IMG/VR virus record: IMGVR_UViG_3300044648_000344
Coordinates: 1 to 38,541 of that record
DNA: 38,541 nucleotides
Reading direction: 5' to 3' (one strand)
Source: a virus
Taxonomy: Duplodnaviria > Caudoviricetes
The notes under the pieces were generated by a model. That model saw only the letters and a program-made list of their open reading frames with translations, was not told where the DNA came from and ran no database searches. A program made the position numbers and the translations under genes. This document shows positions 1-9,158 of the stretch, piece after piece (positions within the stretch are counted from its first letter, which is position 1; each line of letters opens with the position of its first letter).

Positions 1-174
1 GTATTATGGGAATTTCTTTGGTAATCGTTCAGGGATTCAGAATCGCAAACTTATTCAAAAATAAAAATGCTTAGATTCTTTGACAGTCTAATAAGAGAAG
101 GTAAAAGCTTAAAAGAATTGGTAAATCCAGGTACTTAGTATATAAACAACAAACAACAAAGACTATTTTAAATT

Positions 175-573
175 ATGGAAAAGAGAAAAGACGATAAAAT
201 TACGCATTTGAGAATAGCCATGAATCTGGCTGATATTCCCGTTAATGAAGCAACTGTTGAGATCTTTTTAAGGTGTTATGAGTTGGTAAAAAAGAAAGGC
301 GGCAAAGGTACTTTAAAAGACTCTTGCGACATAAGACGGGAGGTTGAGGAAAAGTACAAGGGGACTGACGTTATTCATCCAGATAGCTTCTACAAAAAGA
401 TAATTGATGAAAAGAATAAGGTTATTAATGAACAAGGCAAATTTATTGACTCAAAGAAAGATCAAATAACCGACATATATCAATGGGCTGACTTATTGGT
501 TAAAAACCCTAAGCTCCGTCCGAGAGTTTGGAGAAGCATTGCAAGTGACATTTCTAACAGGTGTACCGATTAA
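175..573 (+). CDS. hypothetical phage protein
   Basis: 132-aa ORF with AT-rich leader, in a tightly packed + strand run; no recognisable motif. Confidence 0.6.
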   Translation: MEKRKDDKITHLRIAMNLADIPVNEATVEIFLRCYELVKKKGGKGTLKDSCDIRREVEEKYKGTDVIHPDSFYKKIIDEKNKVINEQGKFIDSKKDQITDIYQWADLLVKNPKLRPRVWRSIASDISNRCTD

Positions 574-1403
574 CCCAGAATTACTTAACCCCCTTAAATA
601 AAACAGTATATATGGAAAAGAAGATTAAAGAAGCAACAGAATTTTTAAAAACCAAAGGCATCCATCCGATAGAGCCTATCTATTGGAATTTGGAAAACAG
701 AGACATTTATTTGCACGAACTTCTTGCCGAGTTCAAATCCCTCCCCTCAGAAAGAGAAGCAGAGATACGTAAAGAGATTGAGGAGTTGAAGGCTATTTTG
801 AATGGAAAAATATTTGAAGGTTGCCTTAATTTGGAAGACAATGTTAAGGAAGAGTTTGGCATAGAGGCATATCAGCTTATGATTAATCACACATCAAATT
901 GTGTGGCAATCCTCCAAACAGAAATCACCTCCCTAAAGCAGCAGATAGAGGAATACAAAAATCAAAGTGAGTGGTTAAGAAAATTTGTTTGGGAAGATAC
1001 AATAAATCTATCTCACGATTTTAAAAACCTCGTTCCTCCGTTCAGGGTTGGGAAAAGACAAAAAAGAGCAATTCTTGATTCAAGAGGTCACGAAGCTGGT
1101 GTGTTTGTTACTGGAATGGAAGAAATGGCTTTAACGTTCTGCAATTTCCTTAATGGTAAATCCCTCTCCACCCCTGTATCAGAAAACAAACTATCAGGTA
1201 CAATAGATGAAGGAAAGAAAGAAGGGGAATGGATTAGTGTAGAAGAAAGATTGCCGGACAGAGTTTTTGGTGTTATAACCTATTCTGAAAAGTTTGGATT
1301 TGATTGTAGGCTTGGTGCAGAAGTAAGTCTTCCACAAAACAATATTACCCATTGGATGCCCTTACCCAAAGCACCGATTAAATCTAAGGAGGAAGGGAAA
1401 TGA
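561..1403 (+). CDS. phage protein with C-terminal DUF551-like domain
   Basis: C-terminal EWISVEERLP...ITHWMPLPKAP is the DUF551 signature; true start may be the ATG at about 612 (MEKKIK). Confidence 0.7.
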   Translation: MYRLTQNYLTPLNKTVYMEKKIKEATEFLKTKGIHPIEPIYWNLENRDIYLHELLAEFKSLPSEREAEIRKEIEELKAILNGKIFEGCLNLEDNVKEEFGIEAYQLMINHTSNCVAILQTEITSLKQQIEEYKNQSEWLRKFVWEDTINLSHDFKNLVPPFRVGKRQKRAILDSRGHEAGVFVTGMEEMALTFCNFLNGKSLSTPVSENKLSGTIDEGKKEGEWISVEERLPDRVFGVITYSEKFGFDCRLGAEVSLPQNNITHWMPLPKAPIKSKEEGK

Positions 1404-1534
1404 AGAAGAAAGTAACGATTAAAAAGACATTCTCAGAATGGTTGTATATGCTTCGTCCAAAAAACTACACCGGATTTATTGTTAAACACGACCTGAAGAA
1501 TCAAACTATAATTTTTAAATGGGAAGGTAAGTAA
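1400..1534 (+). CDS. small hypothetical protein (44 aa)
   Basis: ATGA overlap with the upstream stop; MKKKVTIKKTFSEWLYML...; below the ORF-track cutoff. Confidence 0.45.
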   Translation: MKKKVTIKKTFSEWLYMLRPKNYTGFIVKHDLKNQTIIFKWEGK

Positions 1535-1559
1535 CCCCCACAAACAAGTAAGTAATACT

Positions 1560-1823
1560 ATGACATTTGAAGATTGTAAAAAAGAAGTTGCAAAAAAGCA
1601 TGGACTAGGTTCTACGCTTGTAACTGGGCACCTTGCTAAATACTGGCAAGAAGCGGCTGAGCTTTATTCTCAGTCCCGATTAGAAAGAATGGAGAAGGCT
1701 TTGGAAGATATAATGCCAATATTGGAGTGTGAAATGACAAGCAATAAGATGTTGTTAAGCCTAAGATATTTTACTGAATATACAAACGCTAAAAAAGCCC
1801 TCTCAGAAAGGAGTAAAGGATGA
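1560..1823 (+). CDS. hypothetical phage protein
   Basis: 87-aa ORF, ATGA-coupled to the next gene. Confidence 0.55.
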   Translation: MTFEDCKKEVAKKHGLGSTLVTGHLAKYWQEAAELYSQSRLERMEKALEDIMPILECEMTSNKMLLSLRYFTEYTNAKKALSERSKG

Positions 1824-2020
1824 AATTTATAGTTTACTCTTTTGCGTGTCTCGCAAGTGCATTTGCAGGAATTGTTTTAGTGTCAGGTGACGTTGTTAAG
1901 CTCAATGATAAAAACAAAAAACTAGAATACGAATCCCGCACCAAAGACTCTTTATACAGAGAAGCTAATACTAGATTAATTAACCATAAGAATAAATGTA
2001 ATTGTGTTTGTCTGGATTAA
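1820..2020 (+). CDS. small membrane-anchored or secreted protein
   Basis: Hydrophobic N-terminus (FIVYSFACLASAFAGIVLV) followed by a charged helix. Confidence 0.5.
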   Translation: MKFIVYSFACLASAFAGIVLVSGDVVKLNDKNKKLEYESRTKDSLYREANTRLINHKNKCNCVCLD

Positions 2021-2057
2021 GATCTAAAAAAATATTTCAAACTTTTTTGTTAAAATA

Positions 2058-2089
2058 TTTGGTATATCAAAAGTGATATATTACCTTTA
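2058..2089 (+). promoter_or_regulatory. Bacteroidota-type promoter with palindromic operator in the spacer
   Basis: TTTG (2058-2061), 20-nt spacer, TACCTTTA (2082-2089); the spacer holds TATATCA-AAAG-TGATATA (2063-2080). Confidence 0.6.
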
Positions 2090-2143
2090 TACCATCAAAC
2101 AAAAAGAACTGGCGGCAACAGGGTAAATACGGCAGACAAAACA

Positions 2144-2602
2144 ATGAAAACAGAAGTATCACCGAACCTCGCAGAAGTAGAAATAATCTACAAGTCTAAG
2201 GTGAATGTAAATGACCGAATCAAAATTACAAGGTCAGCAGATGTTTACGAAGCTCTTAAGAACATCTACAATCCAGAAACAGTCGAACATCATGAAGAGT
2301 TTGTGTTGTTATTACTTAACAGAGCTCTGCAAGTTTTAGGATGGGCGAAAATAAGTATGGGCGGCATCACCTCAACTATTGTCGACACTCGCATCGTGTT
2401 TCAATATGCCATCAAAGCTAATGCTACAGGCATCATGCTAAGCCACAATCATCCAAGTGGAATTGTAACTCCTAGCGAGCAAGACAAGCAACTTACAAAG
2501 AAAATTTCTGAAATAGGCAAACTATTGGAAATTCAGGTGCTCGACCACATAATTTTTACACCAGACGCTTATTACAGCTTTGCAGACGAAGGTGAGATAT
2601 AA
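2144..2602 (+). CDS. RadC-like JAB/MPN domain protein
   Basis: EEFVLLLLNR...HNHPSG...PSEQD...VLDHII motifs. Confidence 0.92.
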   Translation: MKTEVSPNLAEVEIIYKSKVNVNDRIKITRSADVYEALKNIYNPETVEHHEEFVLLLLNRALQVLGWAKISMGGITSTIVDTRIVFQYAIKANATGIMLSHNHPSGIVTPSEQDKQLTKKISEIGKLLEIQVLDHIIFTPDAYYSFADEGEI

Positions 2603-2606
2603 ACCA

Positions 2607-2630
2607 AAAGCCCCTCGAAAGGGGGGCTTT
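2607..2630 (+). terminator. intrinsic terminator after the RadC-like gene
   Basis: AAAGCCCCTC-GAAA-GGGGGGCTTT hairpin followed by ATTT. Confidence 0.7.
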
Positions 2631-2643
2631 ATTTAAATATAAA

Positions 2644-2862
2644 ATGGGAAAATCAGTTCAGATTGATGTTATATCCGGTGAGGATAATGGCATATACAAA
2701 TGCAATCTCTATGCAGGTGGGCGCTGTGTAAGGGTGTTCATGCACCAGCATGATTATGAATTATTAATTCACGATGGATTTTTTATCCGAGATGGAAAGT
2801 CATTCGATAGCGCTGGAGTACTTAATACGTCGCGTACTTATGTCGAACAAAAAACAAAATAA
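2644..2862 (+). CDS. hypothetical protein
   Basis: 72-aa ORF directly upstream of the HTH gene. Confidence 0.55.
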   Translation: MGKSVQIDVISGEDNGIYKCNLYAGGRCVRVFMHQHDYELLIHDGFFIRDGKSFDSAGVLNTSRTYVEQKTK

Positions 2863-2864
2863 TT

Positions 2865-3113
2865 ATGACTGAAAAGCAAATAGAAATATCGCGCAAAAAT
2901 CTCTTGCAAGCGATAAGCGATCACATGATCGCAAACAATATCACACAGGAAGACGCAGCGGAAAAAAGCGGCTTCATTCAATCCAACATTAGCCGAATGC
3001 TGGCCGGCAAATTCTCGCCGAATCTTGATAACTTAATTATACTGTGCGATGCTATTGGAATGAAATTGGAGGTTAAGAGCATTCTGTACAAATCGAAAAC
3101 TGACGAAGGCTAA
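2865..3113 (+). CDS. XRE/Cro-family HTH regulator
   Basis: ITQEDAAEKSGFIQSNISRMLAGKFSPNLDNLIILCDAIG. Confidence 0.88.
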   Translation: MTEKQIEISRKNLLQAISDHMIANNITQEDAAEKSGFIQSNISRMLAGKFSPNLDNLIILCDAIGMKLEVKSILYKSKTDEG

Positions 3114-3163
3114 TCACTGTTTTTTTACCGCGCGGAGACTGGAATAAACCAAAAAAGGAAGTC

Positions 3164-3586
3164 TTAAGGTGTCACCACCACGAAGTAAATAAACAGAGCT
3201 TCAATTATAGCCACTGCAGTTACTCCAAATAATGCTTTCTTCCATCGGGTGTTCCATTTATTTTTTTTGTCGTATTTCTCCTGCAGATCAATTCTCAGCG
3301 CCTTTTGATACTTGGTTGAATCTCTCATTTGGTTGGTGATCGCTTCCTGAATTTGTAGACTGGATTTATATCCGGATATCTGCTGATTTCTTAAAGCCTC
3401 GATCTTATCACAATCACGCAGTTGCGCGCGGTAAATTGCGGTGTCGATTTCCAAACCCTGTTTTATTACCAAGGCCTTCGCATAAAATTTGTACTGCTTA
3501 TCAGTTAAGGTTATTTGCCCGATTGATACTATCGGAATAACGCTTAAGAGAAACATTGTCAAAACTTTCAATATGTTTCGTTCCAT
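3164..3586 (-). CDS. spanin-like protein (signal peptide, coiled coil, C-terminal TM)
   Basis: N-terminal signal-like segment, helical middle, C-terminal ALFGVTAVAIIEALFIYFVVV; last gene of the lysis module. Confidence 0.5.
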   Translation of the reverse strand: MERNILKVLTMFLLSVIPIVSIGQITLTDKQYKFYAKALVIKQGLEIDTAIYRAQLRDCDKIEALRNQQISGYKSSLQIQEAITNQMRDSTKYQKALRIDLQEKYDKKNKWNTRWKKALFGVTAVAIIEALFIYFVVVTP

Positions 3587-3821
3587 GGTTTACTTTTTTG
3601 TGATTCTTAATTAAGGCACTGTCATACCTCAACTGATTTTTTTTGATGGTGATGATCTCCTGATCCTGGTAATAAATTACGGCACCGAGGCTGTCCAACT
3701 TCTTTGAAAAATTAACCTCAACTGTTTTTTGTTTACAACTGAAAAAAGCGACTGAGATAATAGCCAGAAGGATGACCAAGGCCCAGAACTTGCCATTCCA
3801 CCTAAACCTTCTGTTCTCCAT
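3501..3821 (-). CDS. lipoprotein, spanin-like
   Basis: MENRRFRW...LVILLAIISVAFFS-C lipobox; overlaps both neighbours; start may be 3836. Confidence 0.5.
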   Translation of the reverse strand: MENRRFRWNGKFWALVILLAIISVAFFSCKQKTVEVNFSKKLDSLGAVIYYQDQEIITIKKNQLRYDSALIKNHKKVNHGTKHIESFDNVSLKRYSDSINRANNLN

Positions 3822-4104
3822 CAACGGGTGTATCATTTTGTTTGTCTTTAAAGATTTGTTTGGTCTGATATCCCGCATAAACCATCTGAGCGGTATATAA
3901 TGCAATAGCAGCGATATAATCGATCTTATCTTCCTGCATTAACTTCCATACTATTAAGTCCAGCATCACACACGCATTTACAAAGATGATCATGCGCTCG
4001 AAGCGTTTTGAACTATAATGTGATGGCTGATTGGAAAGAGTTTTATTGAGCTCTTTTAAATGCCAATTAAACCTCATCCATAGTTTTATAAAATAATTTT
4101 TCAT
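3802..4104 (-). CDS. holin-like protein with two TM segments
   Basis: Two hydrophobic segments, basic N-terminus, charged C-terminus, near the endolysin. Confidence 0.55.
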   Translation of the reverse strand: MKNYFIKLWMRFNWHLKELNKTLSNQPSHYSSKRFERMIIFVNACVMLDLIVWKLMQEDKIDYIAAIALYTAQMVYAGYQTKQIFKDKQNDTPVDGEQKV

Positions 4105-4466
4105 GTTGTTACCGGCATTACTGAAATGTCCAAATAATACTGAGGATCTTTATACTCGCCCTTTTTGCTTTTTTCACCTCGGTTCAAATTAATCACGTAG
4201 CACTTACGTCCGTGAGGTTTGTCAATGTATAATTTATCTGCATAGCATTTCATAACATATCCACCGAGCACTTTAGCAAATTCTTTTATCATTTTTTCAG
4301 AATCCTTTACCTTTTCCTGCCAGGGAATAGCAATCAAGTCTAAATCACGATGTAAGCTTCCATGAAGTACAAGATTGTATCCATACTTCAAAGCAATCTT
4401 CTTTAAATCAAAGAAGCAAAGAGCATAAAGACTAGGTCGCGCGTGTATTGGTTTTTCATCGTACAT
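4101..4466 (-). CDS. hypothetical protein with a nucleotidyltransferase-like GS...DxD motif
   Basis: YNLVLHGSLHRDLDLIAIPW and distal YYLDISV. Confidence 0.5.
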   Translation of the reverse strand: MYDEKPIHARPSLYALCFFDLKKIALKYGYNLVLHGSLHRDLDLIAIPWQEKVKDSEKMIKEFAKVLGGYVMKCYADKLYIDKPHGRKCYVINLNRGEKSKKGEYKDPQYYLDISVMPVTT

Positions 4467-5050
4467 TACACCAAATCTGTTTCTTTAATTAAGGTATATG
4501 TGAACCGGTTACCGGTTGCTGTTTTGAACTTCTCACAGATGTTGACCATCTCTTCTTTATTTGACCACACCGCATGAACCTGACAGCCGGCTGACCAGGC
4601 ACCGATCTTTTCTGTTTTGGTGAGCTTGTTTGCTCCATGGATGTTACATCCAAAGTATCCCGAATCCTCGGTCCCTGAATTTCCTGCGGTACCATCAAGA
4701 TCTTTATCCCTGATAACTGTGATTAGACCCGATTGAATTAGCGCACGGTGATCGGTCTTCCCCTGATGGAAGCCGACTGCATAAGCATTCTCATATTGCC
4801 CTGGCTTAATTACAGCACAGCCTTTCGGGTTTAAAAGTTGCTTTTGATACTTCACACCTGGTTCTGTGGTGATCAGGTATGTTTTTAGAACCTCTTTACC
4901 GTTATCCGGATATACAATGCAAAGCACATCATTAAATACATCAGGAACACTTAATGTGGTCCGGATGCCAATGATATTCGGACGGTCATTATACCACCTG
5001 TAATTGAGTTTACTTAATGTGGTTTTTAAAGTTTCAATACTTAAATTCAT
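4466..5050 (-). CDS. putative endolysin, L,D-transpeptidase (YkuD)-like Cys peptidase
   Basis: GCNIHGA...IGAWSAGCQV His/Cys motif; lies between membrane-protein genes at the end of the late operon. Confidence 0.65.
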   Translation of the reverse strand: MNLSIETLKTTLSKLNYRWYNDRPNIIGIRTTLSVPDVFNDVLCIVYPDNGKEVLKTYLITTEPGVKYQKQLLNPKGCAVIKPGQYENAYAVGFHQGKTDHRALIQSGLITVIRDKDLDGTAGNSGTEDSGYFGCNIHGANKLTKTEKIGAWSAGCQVHAVWSNKEEMVNICEKFKTATGNRFTYTLIKETDLV

Positions 5051-5301
5051 TCTACTTCAATTTGAGGTTCTTTTGGAAGAGTAGCTTCAACCTTTGGGCG
5101 CGGATCATTGTTGTAATCAGGGCGGTTATCTTCAAGCCTTGCCAATCGGTATTCAAATAGTTTTTCCCTTCCAATTTGATACTCTTTGTACACTGAAAAA
5201 TCCTGCTTTAAATCATACCACATGGTAAGAACCACCGATAGGAACCCTAGCAGCTTTATCATATCAGCTCCGGAAAACTTTATCTTATTAAAGTCTGTCA
5301 T
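5047..5301 (-). CDS. single-TM protein (holin/antiholin candidate)
   Basis: MIKLLGFLSVVLTMWY TM segment followed by a helix; directly upstream of the endolysin. Confidence 0.5.
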   Translation of the reverse strand: MTDFNKIKFSGADMIKLLGFLSVVLTMWYDLKQDFSVYKEYQIGREKLFEYRLARLEDNRPDYNNDPRPKVEATLPKEPQIEVE

Positions 5302-5786
5302 GCCTCCTCTATGTTTTCTTCAAATTCATTTTTATTCTGAAATGCGAAACCATTCAAAGCTTTTACCATGAAAGGATCTATATCCTTTGGAAGGTCGAAA
5401 GGGCTAACTATGCACTTAACCTCAACCTCTTCATTTAAGAAAGGCTCCAGGATCTCTTCAAGTTTCTCTTTGATCTCTTCCTGCTTTTTTATGATTTCAA
5501 CTTCACCATCGCGGTTGTAGGTATATTCTCCTTTTGCATTTAATACCAACTGGCCATCCTTTTCAAGCGCATGTTGAACGCGAAACGTTGACATTTCAAG
5601 CTTCAATTCAGCAGTGATTTTATTCTGCGCTTTATTTACCTGCTTACTTAAGTTCTTATTGAAATCAATAAATTGACTGCAGAAGAATCCTAGCTTGGTT
5701 TTTGGGTTCATTGAAAAGTAACCGCTCGCAGCGTTGAGAGCTGTTATAAATTCATCTCGAGATACCCGCTTTTTTGATACTTTCAT
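5298..5786 (-). CDS. helical hypothetical protein, possible fibre chaperone
   Basis: Follows the 664-aa fibre gene; rich in E and K. Confidence 0.45.
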   Translation of the reverse strand: MKVSKKRVSRDEFITALNAASGYFSMNPKTKLGFFCSQFIDFNKNLSKQVNKAQNKITAELKLEMSTFRVQHALEKDGQLVLNAKGEYTYNRDGEVEIIKKQEEIKEKLEEILEPFLNEEVEVKCIVSPFDLPKDIDPFMVKALNGFAFQNKNEFEENIEEA

Positions 5787-5792
5787 ATTTGT

Positions 5793-7787
5793 TTAAACCG
5801 TTTCGTATATAATTACACCACATACTGTTTTCGTTCCAGAAGTGGCCCATGAGTTACTTGTAAGCATTGAACCTTGAATGGTCATGGTGACACTGTTGGC
5901 CGTAGTAAATCCATTTGATGTGGATTTTGTACCGTTATTATCAATAGCTAAAACTGACACCTGATTCTCACCAACGTTATTAGCAGCCGCAAACGGAAGC
6001 GTGATAGTACAGGTATTAGCATTGGACGTTCCCGTAAAGAATACCTGTAGAATACATACCTTACCAACCTTTACATAACGTGAGTTCAAATAAGTGACAG
6101 ATCCTGAATAGCCAGTTGCGGCTAATGAGCTCCCGTAGTTTGTCCAGGTAAGCGCCATATCACCGTTAACAATGGAACTCGTTAATGATAGTTTTGAATA
6201 TGCTATTGCGGCCGAACCAGAAATGTCAGCGTTCACGATCGAGCCGGTTAAGCTTAATTTGGAATATGCAATCGAGCCGGCCAGCATTGCATTTGTCACC
6301 TTTAAAGGACCAATGGTAGTAACACCGGCATTATCAATTGTTACATCACCGCTCATTGTCACAGCCGAAGCTACGTTTGATGCGTTACCAACAAGAATCT
6401 GAGCAGAGTTAAGAACGTTTGTGATCGGTGTATATCCTAAGTTAGTTTCTGCGATTGCCCAATTCGAAGCAGTGGTACCTGGAGAGTCAACAAGCGCGCG
6501 AACAGTATCACCTGCCACGACCGCTGAACCTCCTAAAGTACCAGCCACTGAAATTGTCCAGATATCACCTTTTAGAATTGCTCCGGCCGTTCCGGATCCT
6601 CCTGATGAAGGAAAAGCATTTCCGGATGCATCATAAGTGCCTCGATCATCCCATAAGCCCACAACGAGACTTTCAGCATACTGCTTTGTACAGATACCTA
6701 AAGCCACCGTAGGATCAGCGGACATTGTTAATGTGTTCGATAAAACAGCGGACCATGTAGCCACACCGTTACTATCAGATTGTAGAAACTTTCCGGTGCC
6801 TTGGTTTCCATCCGTGTAAACTATCCGGTTATCATCTCTTAATTTGAAATACGAAGTGAAGGCGCTATCGTAAACAGCAAAAGAATAAGTCGAACTGGTG
6901 GTGCCAGTACCGATCACTCCCATGGTTGCATTTACGGCCGCGCCCGGGAAAGTATTTCCAAAGAACCATTGACCTCCACTAATCACCTTGCCTCTAATTA
7001 AAGAGTTCGTATAAAATTCCGTAGAGTTGTTTGTCGGTCTTAAAAGGATGGATGGCCCGCCGGCTTCAAGTCTTATCTGACCATCTTCAAAGACAGTCAT
7101 GATATCAGTCTTCGCCAGACTTCCTAACTGGAAGATCTTTGTGGTATTTAAAATCCCCCCAGAGTAAACATGTAACTTTGCATCCGGATTTGTTTGGAAA
7201 ATACCAACGTTATTTCCAACCGGATTAAGAACAAGTGGTCCAGAATAAGCTTGAACCCACTTATAAGCGCCAGTCTGATAATAGCCAAGCATTAAATCCT
7301 GACCAACCGAAGGATCCTCATTTCCAGTGATGGTGATTCTACCTTCAGAAACTAAATATCCTGAAATGGCTGAGCTTGGATTTCCTAATAGAAGTTTATC
7401 GATCCGTGCAGTTGAAAATACATCCAGTGAGTAAGCAGCAACACCAGTACCTATCTTTAACTTGTCACCTGCAGTAACATTAATGTCTTTTCCGGACGTG
7501 CTATTTCCGGCATTGAGCACCTGAGTAAAAGTTGGAACTGTAGTTATGGATGCGAAATTATCTTCTACCCATTTTTTATATGCGAAGGCTTTCGGATCTG
7601 TCAAAGTAACTAATGAACTGTAGCCGGCTTCAGCCTGAACCACCATGCCACCATCAACCACATTCAAATAAGAATTGATCATGTCAGTGGCAAGATCACG
7701 CACATATTGTGCTGTTGTTTGCCTCCCACCGCTAATAATTTTAGCAGTCATTAAGGTTATTAATGTCGCTTTATTACTAACCGCCAT
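5793..7787 (-). CDS. long fibre/appendage protein
   Basis: G/S/T-rich; VGIFQTNPDAKLHV fibre repeat, IAYSKLSLTxSIVN twice, C-terminal RYVKVGKVC...ITLPF head domain. Confidence 0.7.
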   Translation of the reverse strand: MAVSNKATLITLMTAKIISGGRQTTAQYVRDLATDMINSYLNVVDGGMVVQAEAGYSSLVTLTDPKAFAYKKWVEDNFASITTVPTFTQVLNAGNSTSGKDINVTAGDKLKIGTGVAAYSLDVFSTARIDKLLLGNPSSAISGYLVSEGRITITGNEDPSVGQDLMLGYYQTGAYKWVQAYSGPLVLNPVGNNVGIFQTNPDAKLHVYSGGILNTTKIFQLGSLAKTDIMTVFEDGQIRLEAGGPSILLRPTNNSTEFYTNSLIRGKVISGGQWFFGNTFPGAAVNATMGVIGTGTTSSTYSFAVYDSAFTSYFKLRDDNRIVYTDGNQGTGKFLQSDSNGVATWSAVLSNTLTMSADPTVALGICTKQYAESLVVGLWDDRGTYDASGNAFPSSGGSGTAGAILKGDIWTISVAGTLGGSAVVAGDTVRALVDSPGTTASNWAIAETNLGYTPITNVLNSAQILVGNASNVASAVTMSGDVTIDNAGVTTIGPLKVTNAMLAGSIAYSKLSLTGSIVNADISGSAAIAYSKLSLTSSIVNGDMALTWTNYGSSLAATGYSGSVTYLNSRYVKVGKVCILQVFFTGTSNANTCTITLPFAAANNVGENQVSVLAIDNNGTKSTSNGFTTANSVTMTIQGSMLTSNSWATSGTKTVCGVIIYETV

Positions 7788-8397
7788 AGCTTAGTCCCTC
7801 CCAGAAATATCCTAATGCAGTTTCATTCAAAAGCGCAGTTGTAATGTAGCTTTCGAGGTATTCTGCTATTTTTAATTTATTAACTTCATTTGCAGTAACA
7901 CTGAAAGTCAAACGGCCCATCGCTGAGTTCTTTGCATCATCCTCAGTGTTCGCTCTTATATCGATGTTGGTCACACCGGTACGCATGATAAACGGTGTGG
8001 AGAAAGTAAAGTCCAGTTTTTTATAAACTGGATCTTCTAAAATAGATCGGCACAGGCCAAGTAACTTATGAAGTTTTTTTGCCGATCGATAAGAGCCGGC
8101 CTGATCACCTGTAGTTTTTGAATTGGTATAGATATCAATGAAGAATTTATATTCTCCATCCACACTTCCCTGGTTCTTATTTCCGAAGGTGGCAGTCGGG
8201 AAAACAATATTTACTACGGATCCTTTAAGTTCAACTTTATCCAGGCCCGTTGATTCAATTAGAACATCCACCTCATCCAAGTCAGTATCATAACTCATCA
8301 TCCACTGCGCGTCAATCTCTTCTCGGAGAATAACGCCAAGCTTCTCTCGAATTAATTCAAAGGCTTGTACTTCTATTTTCTGTGTTATCTTACTCAA
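7777..8397 (-). CDS. tail terminator/completion protein (putative)
   Basis: Position after the head-closure gene; size and mixed alpha/beta pattern. Confidence 0.5.
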   Translation of the reverse strand: MSKITQKIEVQAFELIREKLGVILREEIDAQWMMSYDTDLDEVDVLIESTGLDKVELKGSVVNIVFPTATFGNKNQGSVDGEYKFFIDIYTNSKTTGDQAGSYRSAKKLHKLLGLCRSILEDPVYKKLDFTFSTPFIMRTGVTNIDIRANTEDDAKNSAMGRLTFSVTANEVNKLKIAEYLESYITTALLNETALGYFWEGLSYGG

Positions 8398-8770
8398 AAT
8401 CTTCTAGTATCACTACGATTAAACCCATCGTTTCGTCAGGGCGCCAGCTTTGCGCGATATAGTTTTTTACAAGTCCAGTGCTATCTTTTACATCAAATCG
8501 ATGTTTAGAAAGATCAACCTCACCATCTGAATTTCTGATAGGATAATTAGGATTTTCAGTCTGCAATACTTCTTCTGAAAAAGATACATGCGCATTCTTT
8601 GAGCTAACCGGATTTCCTTCTGTGTCGATGCTTAACCAGTGTTTTGTATGCAGTCCGACAATGGTTGCTGTTTGAGAAGTTGGCGCGGTCAATGTCATTT
8701 CAATACCAAATCCATCAGTGTTTGAAGTGATATCCTTTATGTCTGCTCTTGCGCGCTCTATTAAACTCAT
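8390..8770 (-). CDS. head-closure / head-tail joining protein (FII-like, putative)
   Basis: Beta-rich 126 aa ending RPDETMGLIVVILE; synteny with the capsid gene. Confidence 0.55.
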   Translation of the reverse strand: MSLIERARADIKDITSNTDGFGIEMTLTAPTSQTATIVGLHTKHWLSIDTEGNPVSSKNAHVSFSEEVLQTENPNYPIRNSDGEVDLSKHRFDVKDSTGLVKNYIAQSWRPDETMGLIVVILEDFE

Positions 8771-8773
8771 CTT

Positions 8774-8813
8774 AATAAAAAAGGGACTACATTATCATAT
8801 AATCCCTTTTATT
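8774..8813 (-). terminator. intrinsic terminator downstream of the capsid genes
   Basis: Minus strand GGGATTATAT-GATA-ATGTAGTCCC (two G-U pairs) followed by a T run. Confidence 0.65.
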
Positions 8814-8834
8814 GTTAGAATGGTGAACTGTAAA

Positions 8835-9158
8835 TTATTGCAACCCTATCCAAATTTTGTAAAGAACCTTTTTATTTGCATTCTCATCGAACTCTATTTC
8901 GATGCCAGATGCTTTCGCCTCTTGTAGTTTTTTTATGATCTCAGCTTTGCTTATTTGCTCTATCGAAGGTGGGAGTACTGGTGAAGGAGCAGGAGGTTCA
9001 ATCTCATCCTCTTTTGTCACAGGCTCTAAAAACCCTTGTTCCACCAGCAACTTTGCATTGCCTCTTGGAAAATTCTCATCGGTGACAAAATCACCGAATG
9101 AGAATATTTTATTACCCAGGCCACCGACAGATAAGGCCTTAACCTTATACTCAGCCAT
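8835..9158 (-). CDS. small capsid-adjacent protein with HeH/LEM-like C-terminus
   Basis: Pro-rich linker then SKAEIIKKLQE...IEFDENANKKVLYKIW. Confidence 0.5.
   Translation of the reverse strand: MAEYKVKALSVGGLGNKIFSFGDFVTDENFPRGNAKLLVEQGFLEPVTKEDEIEPPAPSPVLPPSIEQISKAEIIKKLQEAKASGIEIEFDENANKKVLYKIWIGLQ

Noticed and set aside
1-141. Partial and tiny ORFs at the window start
   Set aside because: Too short or truncated to support a call
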